From Octopus sinensis (Eukaryota): a stretch of 64,000 nucleotides of DNA. The position numbers and the translations under genes are program-made. The notes under the pieces are model-generated. The model did no database searches, was not told the origin of the DNA, and saw nothing but the letters and a program-made list of their open reading frames with translations. How positions within the stretch are numbered: the first letter of the stretch is position 1; each line of letters starts with the position of its first letter. The stretch covers positions 155,868,001 to 155,932,000 of the forward strand of contig NC_042997.1 in NCBI RefSeq assembly GCF_006345805.1, written 5' to 3'. Positions 54,010-64,000 of the stretch are shown here, piece by piece.

Positions 54010-54098
54010 CTTTTCCTGGAGCTGAGAAATGATCTAAAGATTGTAACTTATCCTTGTTTTGCTCATGAATTAGACTAGCGAAGGAATAGTGTTGATGT
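54010..54098 (-). CDS. Candidate exon HQHYSFASLIHEQNKDKLQSLDHFSAPGK
   Basis: Donor AAG|gtaaaa, weak acceptor ctcttcag|, one open frame. Confidence 0.25.
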
Positions 54099-54601
54099 CT
54101 GAAGAGCTTGTACACTTTCATAGTAGGACATAGTTAAGGAATGTTAACAGTTTTAGCTATATTTAACCAAAGGAAAATTCTTGGAGATCATACTTTAAAA
54201 ACAATGTATAAACAACAAAACCATCTACACCAAAACAATGAAAGCTATCTCAACTATCTCAATTTTCTGCTTCACATTCATTCATTACACAGTCTTTTTA
54301 AGAAAGATTTTTCACTACCACTGTCCACATTTTATTCATATAATAGCTACTACTATTCTACTATGTATTACTACCTATAAATACTGAGGTTGTATGGTGG
54401 AGCTTCAATGCAGTCAAATGATCTGATAAAAATAGCAACCGACCTCTAGCTACACCCTATCATCATATGAAACCCCATTCATATAAGCAAACTGACGGAG
54501 ATGTACCAAATTTAAACTAATTGGTCCTTAGTCATACCTGTACTTAATAACTAGGAAGAGTCTACTACCACTGTTACTATTTGAAAACTAACTACTAAAT
54601 G

Positions 54602-54651
<50 letters not shown>

Positions 54652-54711
54652 CACATACATACATACATAGATATACATACATATATATATATATACATAC
54701 ATACATACATA

Positions 54712-54766
<55 letters not shown>

Positions 54767-54814
54767 GTATATATAAATATATATATGTATATAAATGTCT
54801 GTGCATATATATAT

Positions 54815-55172
54815 ATTCTTTTGTTTCAGTCATTTGACTGCTGCCATGCTGGAGCACAGCTTTTAGTCAAGCAAATCGACCTGAGGACTTATTCTTTGTA
54901 AGCCTAGTATTCTATTAGTCTCTTTTCCTGAACTGCTAAGTTACAGGGATGTAAATGCACCAGCATTGGTTGTCAAGCAATGTTGGGGGGACAAACACAG
55001 ACACACATATGATGGGCTTCTTTCAGTTTCCATCTACCAAATCCACTCACAAGGCTTTGGTCAATCCGAGGCTATGGTAGAAGACACTTGCCCAAGGTGT
55101 TATGTAGTGAGACTGAACGCAGAACCATGTAGTTGGTAAGTAAGCTACTTACTACACAGCCACTCCTGCGCC

Positions 55173-55175
<3 letters not shown>
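54815..55175 (-). mobile_element. Full-length SINE (tail A)
   Basis: Complete tail and head as at 1746-2115. Confidence 0.9.
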
Positions 55176-55209
<34 letters not shown>

Positions 55210-55406
55210 ATGTATATATATATATATATATATAGGTGGTTGTCTATTCCTTATGCAGAGTTTGACCACCTCCTGTACCTACACCTGAGCACACACACAC
55301 AAACACACACACATATATTCACCTAACTATGAGCTGTGTGGACCATACCAGATTGACTTGGTGCCTCAACTTAAGTACCTAATTCAACTGAATCTTAATT
55401 ATTTCT

Positions 55407-55437
<31 letters not shown>

Positions 55438-56325
55438 ACAAAGATGCTCTGATGTGGTCATTTGACATGCTAAAAATAGCAGTTATGCCTCTCGTGAATA
55501 ACATACATCATTATTAACAACATAAATATTGGATAATGTAGTCCTTGATTCAGTATGTTTAGGGAAAAATAAGATGAGATGTTAACCTGTTCAGTCATGT
55601 CAGATTTAATAACAACAACTGCCACTGTCATCGCCAAATAATTAGATATCAAAATTCCATAACTATTTATATTATAAATACATCACATACTTCTGAACAT
55701 GCTCCCTTTCTATTTTATACTCAGTTATTTGAGCTAACATGTATCAGAGAATCCTATACAATAAGGGTTGCCCAACCTACCAGAAATAAATAAACTCAAA
55801 CTATTCAATCCTTCCCTTGTATAAATTTATTGCAAATTCATTAACTAAAAACGATTTTCTTTATAAAGAATTCTGTTCTTGAAAATAGCATGATATAATC
55901 TGGTCACAATATGTAATAAAATACACTCAATAGCAAAATAAATCAGATTGAAGACAGGGACTGTTAAAGTTACAATGTCAGTTATTGTATACAGTAATTA
56001 ATTTTAATGTTACAATTTATTAACATTGATTTTAAATAGTATACAGTTATAGTAGTGTGTGATTTTTTTTTTTTTTAGTTCTTTTGCTATTTTTACTACA
56101 ATTTGTGTAGTAGAAAATTGTGTTGTTATACTTGTAGGAGGCCTCTTATGTAATAGAAGTTTTTGTGTATCTTTGGGTTTATTAAAAAAAAAAAGAAAAA
56201 ACAATGTGACAATCACAATGCACCATTAATGTAGTCATCAATATCTGAAAAACATTGTATATAACTGTGTGTCAATGTATTTCTATTGCCTTGTTTTTCA
56301 TATAATATTCATTCATACAACTCAC

Positions 56326-56386
56326 AGGTCTTCCTGTATATGTGACACTTTGAATAGCAATGAACAACAACTTAGTATCCAAATAA
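56326..56386 (-). CDS. Candidate exon (YLDTKLLFIAIQSVTYTGRP or alternative frame)
   Basis: T tract with ctgtaaag| acceptor, donor CCT|gtgagt, two frames open. Confidence 0.25.
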
Positions 56387-57783
56387 CTTTACAGAAAAAA
56401 AAAAGCATCAAAGTTGGTGGACAGGTGTGGGGAGTGGAAATTATATTGCTAAAATAAATCATTGATGAATAAATTTGAGCTTCCTAACTTTGGTAGTTAT
56501 ATATTGGTATTTAACCCCAAAAGATCAAAAGGTGTTCAAGCTGAGACCATTTTGTCTTCTTTAAGGCCAACTTTGTAAAAGGTAAGTTTACACTGTGTTT
56601 TTTAGTTGAGTATAAAGCTATTTAAAATATAATGCAACCTACACATTTCGTACCTAAATATCAATAATATATTTTATCCTCATATTTATAATTTTACACT
56701 CAAATATAATAATGCTACCCAACAATTTTGACTCTGATATTATGTATTAAATTGTTTGCATTGTATGTGGTAGTTAATGCTGGGCAACTGAGACAATTAT
56801 TATAAACAGTAAACTAATCTTACTTGGACACATTCTGACTTGAATGTTACAGTAACAAAAAAAAAAAACAAAACAAAAAAAAACAAAAAAAAAACAATGT
56901 GACTACAGTTAGCAATCACCAAGGAGGAAAATTTTTACAGATGTATGCTTAGGGAAATGGACAGATCTACACACAGAAGGAAAATACAAAAACAAATCAC
57001 TTAGCAAACATAAGTGAGCATTTTCTCAAGAAATAAGGGAAAATAAGGTATTTTTCTTGCATTCCCATAATTTCTGAAGAAGCATCAACCAAAATAATTT
57101 TGGAACAAAATTGCTTCACCTAGTTTCTTCAGGAAAGTAAAATGAAATACCTAAACATAATAGATAAGAATAGTAAAAGACACATTTAGAGAGAAAAATA
57201 TAGAGATTGTGAGAAAATCATCAACAAAGAAATCTGTAATTCATTTGATGAAGCAAATGAAGCAACATCCAGAATATTTTCAAAACCAATCTTGAAAGTT
57301 ATTTAGGAGTTTGTTTCTATAGTAAATTTATGATTTTTTTTCTACTTCTTTATAGGAGTCTATGTTAGAAATATAAACAGTAATAATTTACTTTGTTTCC
57401 AACTGTGTCTCACTACCTAGTAGCATCATATTCTTTATGCACACCTCCATGGATAGAGAAACTCTTTGCTGCCAGCAGAAGGAACAGCTATCGTTTACAA
57501 TAAACCACTCTAGCACTAGTTAGATCCCCTTGGTAACAAACTATCAGCTACATCAGGTGAGTAGCTTGAGAAGTAGTTAATAGATTTCATTTCATGGAGA
57601 TTCCTAAAGTTAACTACACCTGTACATTAATATATTTGAAATCTCGATCTAGTTAGTGTGCAGCATGTGCGTCCTTGTTGTTTGAACTTTCTACATAAAC
57701 CATTTTTCAGAAAGCAACAAGATAGTATTTAATTTAGATTTTATCATGTTGACCATAAGACACTACTGGACTCTAGGCTTTTA

Positions 57784-58000
57784 TGAGGGTGGGCTGAAAA
57801 GTTCATGGGTTGATTATAATGCTAGAGCTGTCAAAACTTGCATGCATTAATTTCAACTCTTATTAATAAATGCATTGCTTCTTTCCAGCCAAACTGACAT
57901 CTGACTGTTCAAAGAAGACTTCAAAAGTGGTAGTGACTTCTTTTAAAAAATGGACAGAATTTGGCATCTTGGTGCTATTAAGTACCTGCAGAAAAAGGGG
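57784..58000 (+). mobile_element. 5' fragment of a mariner element
   Basis: ta|tgagggtgggctgaaaagttc resembles the TIR of the 22273 MITE; MDRIWHLGAIKYLQKKG resembles a mariner N-terminus. Confidence 0.7.
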
Positions 58001-58271
58001 TGAAAAATTAACCTCATTTGGTCACATTCCATGAGAGTATCTTGATCGGATTATGATCTTTCGAGCCAACCCATGTTATTCAGGTTTGGAATTTTTGCAG
58101 TTTTTTAAAATAAATTCTGCAATGGAAACCAAATCACATTTCTAACAATATTCACTACTGAATCCTTGCATAATTCTTTCAGCAATGATTTATTTGGCTC
58201 AGTTTTATTGTGTGACATGCTATGTAAAGCCTTAAGAGTGTATGTGGGAGATAGAAAAAGAAAAAAAGCCC

Positions 58272-58521
58272 ATCATCATCACTGCCATCATTTTAATGTC
58301 TATTTCATGCTTGCATGAGTTGGACAGAAATTTTGAGACATATTTTCTATGGCTGGATGCCCTTACCAAGCAAGGTAATAGTTCACAACAATCAAACATA
58401 AATACTAGAAATCAATGACATTGCTTGTATGACAGTGACAACTATTTTACAGCTACCATGTGATGTCAAGACATAAACATATACTCACACACACATATAC
58501 ATACATATTTATACACACACA

Positions 58522-58576
<55 letters not shown>

Positions 58577-59838
58577 CGTCCCATAAATAATGTGATTTTT
58601 TTTAATTGCATGAACTAAAAGTCGGAAGGGGACGGGATAAACTACCTGCATCAACTTACTATAAAAGCAAGTACTAATTTTACCTTGTTTTTATTCTTAG
58701 TGCAAGTTTTGAAGAGTGCAGTTCAATTCTAACAGTTAACTTTTCAAAGCTGTAATGGAAGTGACAAAGGAGCATATTTGGCATATTTTGCTTTATGAGT
58801 TCAATAAAGGCAACAAGGCAATGGAAAGTGTGAGGAATATTAATGCAATATATGGGGATCAGACAATAAGCATAAGCCAGTGTTGACAGTAGTTCCAGAA
58901 ATTCCGGGCTGGAATCTACAGCCCAGAAAATGAGCTTTGTCCTGGAAGATTTGTAGAGCTCGACGAGGACATCCTGCAAACCCAGCTGGAATAAAATTCC
59001 ATTGTAACTGTTGAGGAATTAGCAGAGAACCTTCGATTTGGTCGGTCAACCATTCATTGACATCTGCATGCCATTGGAAAAGTTAGCAAATAGGATTAAT
59101 TGGTTCCTCACAAACTTTCTGAGTCTAATAGCATGCAGAGAGTGAATGTGAGCTCCTCTTTGCTGCCACATCTTACGAATGAACCTTTTTTGGACTGAAT
59201 AGTGACTAGTGACAAGAAATGGGTTCTCTATAAAAATGTCAAGTGCTGAAGACAGTGGATAGAGAAAGGAGAAACACCAACACTCTAAGCTAAAGAAGGT
59301 CTTCAACCACATAAGGTGCTGTTATCTGTTTGGTGGGATATGTAAGGTTTAGTCCACTTTAAACTTTTAGACCCAAACTAAATGATAAAGATCTACTGCG
59401 AGCAGCATAAGTCTGCACTAAAAGAAAAACGACCATCTTGGGTTTCAAAACAAAAGGTATTCTTCCATCAGTATAATACTCAGCCACATACAGCGAGAAT
59501 GTCATTTCAAAGGCTGGAGCAGTTTGAATGGGAAACAATGCTCCACCCACCATTTTCTCGGACATTGCCCCATCTGATTATCATTAATTCTGCAGTCTTC
59601 AAAATCATTTGGACAGAAAAAATATGAATTCTGTAGACAAGATCAGAACAGTACTGGAAGAGTAGTTTTCATCATAGACAAGTGAATTTTGGGAGAGAGG
59701 ACTTGCAAGTCTACCAAATAGATGGAAGAGCATTGTAGAAAATGCAGGAGAATATATTTTAGATGAAAAAAGTACTTTATCTTAATTCTGAAAAATAAAA
59801 GAAGTATAAAAAAACTGCATTATTTATGGGAAGACTCA

Positions 59839-59879
<41 letters not shown>

Positions 59880-60035
59880 ACTGGCTTTTTTCAGTTTCAT
59901 CAACCAGATCTACTCACAAAAGTTTGGCTGGCTCAGAGCTATAGTAGAAGACACTTGCCCAAGGTGTTATGCCGTGGGAATGAACCCAGGAGCATGTGGT
60001 TGGTAAGCAAATTTCTTACCATACAGTCACAGCTG

Positions 60036-60036
<1 letters not shown>
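58272..60036 (-). mobile_element. SINE (tail B) split by a mariner insertion
   Basis: Tail 58272-58480, microsatellite on both sides of the mariner, head 59878-60036. Confidence 0.7.
58571..59839 (+). mobile_element. Full-length defective mariner (DD34D), 1269 bp
   Basis: TIRs tagggtcgtcccataaataatgtg / tgcattatttatgggaagactcaa with TA flanks. Transposase from ATG 58755: MEVTKEHIWHILLYEFNKG..., VPHKL, VTSDKKWV, FHQYNTQPH, HPPFS.DIAPSDYH; multiple stops and frameshifts. Confidence 0.95.
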
Positions 60037-60069
<33 letters not shown>

Positions 60070-60072
<3 letters not shown>

Positions 60073-60275
60073 ATGTGTCTCCTTGTTCTGACATGGAAAT
60101 GAATGTCATTTTCAATATTCTGCAAAAGCATGATTGGTCATGGGGAAATATTACTTTGTTTGGAAACATAAGTGCTGTCAGAATAAGGGCATCTGACCAT
60201 AGAAAATCTGCTCAATAACTATGGTCTGACCCATCAAACTTGGAATAGTGGACATAATGATGATGATGATGATAC
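60070..60275 (+). mobile_element. SINE tail B with (TGA)n
   Basis: Similar to 36590-36845; ends tgatgatgatgat. Confidence 0.7.
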
Positions 60276-60545
60276 AATAATAAAATATTTACGTTGGTTT
60301 TCAGATGGAATGAAATGAAGTGAAAACAGAAACATTTGAGAAAGGACATTCACATTAACCTAGTTCAATGTGTAAGGCAATTATTTAAATCTAAAAGTTA
60401 ATGTGGACACAAAAAAAACATGTAATATATTTTACAATTAATAACATTTGGAAGAAAAAACAACTATGTAAATAAAGTTTAATTTGTCAGATGTGAAAGT
60501 TAAAATAAATATATGAATATTGCAAGTTGGGTATAAAACTGGTTA

Positions 60546-60578
<33 letters not shown>

Positions 60579-61209
60579 GATGATGATGATGATTATACGT
60601 GTGTAGGAAAATGAGTATAATTTTAATACAATGAAAATATTAATTCAGCAGGAAAGTAAAAACAAAGGAAGGGAAACAAATTATAATTATTCAGACTTCA
60701 GAACTGAAACTGAAGGAACACTTCATGTTGATTGCTTATAGAGAAATAAAAATACAACAGTGAGTTAATTTGAATAGAAGTGAACTTTCCAAATACACAA
60801 TAGATACAATGGCCTTGAATCTCACACAGACAAACAAGGGGTCATTGACTTGGGAGGAAAATGACATCTCTAAATTAAATGAATGAAAACTAGACTGCAG
60901 ATTCTTCCTGATTCTAGAAAAGAAATTAATTGGGTTTGAATCAGTTAATTTAGCATGGCCATTATTTTCTAAGTATCTCAGGTCATTGAATGAAAGGGTT
61001 TGTCTTATTCAATTTTTAAACAAAACAGCATTTCAGAAGAAAGACAGAAGACTCATCAGCTACAATGTACCAAAAGGTTTGGAAAGCAATAAATAAGTAT
61101 TGTATGGTGTTGGAATGGAATCGGATATTTCACTGATGCAAAGGTATTAGTAATAATAATGAAAAAGTAGAAAACAATGCTTGAAAGACGGAATGTCAGT
61201 CTATTTATA

Positions 61210-61433
61210 ATTCTTTTATTCTTTTACTTATTTCAGTCATTTGGCTGTGGCCATGCTGGAGCACCGCCTTAAAGCATTTTACCCGAAGAAATCGATCTCA
61301 GACTTATTTGTTGTAAGTCTAGTACTTATTCTATCAGTTCCTTTCACTGAACTGCTAAGTTACAGAGATGTAAACACACCAACATCAGCTGTCAAGCAAC
61401 GGTAGGGGGACAAATACAGACACACAAAAATAG

Positions 61434-61471
<38 letters not shown>

Positions 61472-61615
61472 ATGGGCTTCTTTCTACCAAATCCACTCAC
61501 AAGGCTTTGGTCAGCCCGAGGCTATAGCAAAAGACACTTACCCAAGGTGCCACACAGTGGGACTGAACCTGGAACCATGTGGTTGGGAAGCAAGCTTCCT
61601 ACCACACAGCCACTC
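61210..61615 (-). mobile_element. Full-length SINE (tail A)
   Basis: Tail, (TA)n and head; well preserved. Confidence 0.9.
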
Positions 61616-62345
61616 TAACAACATCATGTATACCAAGTGATGTTCTATTTTGTAACTTTATAAAATCTAAGGATTACTTCAAAAGTCTAAATTTTGGACT
61701 ATGAAAGAAAAAAAAGAAAGGGTCTGCTTAAAATAGAAACATCTGGTTTCCTAGTAACTAGATTCATAATGAATTTTGTATAGGTTGCTGATCACCTTAG
61801 AATGTACTAATTAAACAAAAGTAACACAAAATATTAAAAGAAACTATTTCAATATGTGGCATAGCAATACTTAATGAGATACAAAGAAAATTTTAACAAA
61901 AATTTTGGCCATTTCTAAGTTGGTGTCATGGTAGCAGTCAAAACAGAATCATAAAGACAACATAATGTATTTATCAAAGACTAGAGTTTTCAATTATTAC
62001 AAATGCACTCATTAGTTAATGCTTGCTTTTACAAGATTACCAAGGTTCAAAATGAAGATTGATGAGTGATATGGTTCTTGAAAATGACATACAATATTTT
62101 TAATAGGACGTATAAAACACCAAAATCATATTAATGGACTGTAAACTAGCAAAAACATTTCAAAGCTAAATTACTGGCGAAGAAAATTTCCAATATTTTT
62201 TCTTATTTTTACCACCCATCAGAAAATGTTTCCTAATGAACATGGAATACACACACAGCAACATAGTGACCATTATATCTCAAGATATAAACTGAGAAAT
62301 TGCAACAATCATGCGAAACGAGTCAATTAGGGAGTCTCTTATTAC

Positions 62346-62408
62346 CACTCATACAGCAAGAGACCACACCCTGCAATCTCAAACACAAATACGTTCAATA
62401 AAGTAGCC
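62346..62408 (-). CDS. Candidate exon ATLLNVFVFEIAGCGLLLYE
   Basis: Acceptor atttgttttgtctag|, donor GTG|gtaata, 63 nt, symmetric phase 2, only one frame open. Confidence 0.35.
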
Positions 62409-62620
62409 CTAGACAAAACAAATGATGGAATGATCATGAACATCTTTCTTCATAAGTTTGGTTAACCCAATCATTGCCATATTTTTGTTGAAATACACTA
62501 TCTTCTATTTTAATTGTTTTCGAAAACAAAAAAGTTTTTGATAACTTGTCATTGTTAACCAGATGTATGGAACATAAATTAGCACAAACATTTGATAGAT
62601 TTTAATACAGTGCATTTTAA

Positions 62621-62839
62621 CCCTTTAGCATGTAAACTGGCCATGTCCAGCCTAAATATTTTCTGTTTTATATTCAAACTGGCCAGATCTGGCCTCTCAC
62701 ACCTATCCTATATAGTGATACTAAAAATAAAAAGTCACATCATTGAAATCTCAAAGCCATGAGATACTATATGATTAATTCAAAATAATGTGAATAAATA
62801 AGCATAACATTTGATAGAGTAATCTGAATGCTGAAGGGG
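62621..62839. mobile_element. piggyBac-type MITE (219 bp)
   Basis: TTAA|ccctttagcat ... atgctgaagggg|TTAA. Confidence 0.85.
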
Positions 62840-63539
62840 TTAAACAAGAAGTTTGTCACAGAACTAAGGGCAGTCCTGGGCAGATTGGTATCAAAATGGT
62901 TAAAGCAGACTGAGCTGAGATTAAACAGCAACAGACTGAGTGGATTTATCCTACCTAACTTTGCTTACATTACCATTCAACTCTCAGTATACAAAAACAA
63001 AACATGAGCCAAAGCAAGAGCATATATGGTGTCTATCAATTTGCTAGATACTACAGTAAAATCACCTTTAAAACATACCCTATTTATTTCTTTATTGCCC
63101 ACAAGGGGTTAAACACAGAGGGGACAAACAAAGGGATTAAGTCGATTACATTGACCCCAGTGTGTAACTGGTACTTATTTAATCAACCCCAAAAGGATGA
63201 AAGGCAAAGTCGATCTCGGCGGAATTTGAACTTGGAACGTAGCGTACCCTACTGTCATACAAAATGAAATACACATTAGATAATGTAGTTAGTCCTAGAT
63301 ATACAATGCTTGGAAAATAGATTTAAAAAAAAAAAAAATGGTGGTGGGGGGGGTGACAAAGTGATTATGGCTCAAATACCTTTGTTTTATCATTAGTTTA
63401 CTTAAAAAGGGATGACATGGCACTCAACAGCAAAAACATAAAAACAAAATTATTTGGATAATAAATAGAATGTACACACTGTGAAAACAAAAGGAAAAGC
63501 AATGGACAGCTTCTAATTCACATGTGTAAGGCAAATACT

Positions 63540-63880
63540 CAACATCAAGTGGCTGCAAAAGGGTCTGAAATGATACAATTGAAATGACAACAGGCATCAA
63601 CAGGATCAGTGATGAAATACGACATAGATGCTGGAAGTGGATCAGACACGTCCTCAGACAAGATCAACCGAGTGATTGTATGGTAGCACTAAAGTGGAAG
63701 TCCAAGGGGAAAAGAGCAGCAGGGTGCCCTAAAACCACACGGTGAAGGACCATTGACAAGAAAAGGAGATAAGAAGGGTGGAGAAGCTAGAATGAGATCA
63801 GAACAATGGCGGAAAACAAAGCTGGTTGAAGAGATCATACTGTGGCCTTATGTGCCTTATAGCATGGAGAAAACTAACAC
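63540..63880 (+). mobile_element. RTE-clade LINE 3' fragment (third RTE lineage in the window)
   Basis: ISDEIRHRCWKWIRHVLRQDQPSDCMVALKWKSKGKRAAGCPKTTR*RTI...ALCAL*HGEN*. Confidence 0.85.
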
Positions 63881-64000
63881 ATTTATTATGACACAAGACC
63901 AATCATAAAACATGAGAGAATGTGACCCAGAACTTGAACCCTAGGCATATTTGCAATGCTTTACAAGATGTTTAAAAGTGAAAAGGAGGACATTACTTTA

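Noticed and set aside
56821-56842. Possible micro-exons (also ~45336-45355 and ~61796-61806)
   Set aside because: GT/AG pairs at such spacing are common; cannot be supported without RNA data.

Overview
AT-rich, microsatellite-dense eukaryotic DNA, most likely from an octopus or other coleoid cephalopod (inferred from composition and from SINE/LINE families recalled from memory, no search run). It is mostly intron-like sequence filled with repeats: tRNA-derived SINEs, RTE LINE 3' ends with (TGA)n tails, degenerate RT fragments, a full-length decayed mariner (58571-59839), a deleted DD37D/maT-type element (22531-23668), mariner and piggyBac MITEs, a foldback element, a Helitron-like element and Penelope-like termini. 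No long intact ORF is present; nearly all long ORFs in the track come from microsatellites or TEs. A few short minus-strand exon candidates (best 42019-42078, SKYALLDERDISLMAQYAIE) suggest a large minus-strand host gene that I cannot name. The most notable structures are a duplication-inversion-duplication at 4966-6606 whose ancestral order can be reconstructed, 123-bp direct repeats around a 607-bp insert, a nested palindrome inside a (TA)n run, hammerhead-like motifs, and in-window evidence of LINE/SINE tail sharing. I found no convincing wholly new multi-gene system. Repeat boundaries are approximate unless TIR/TSD positions are stated.
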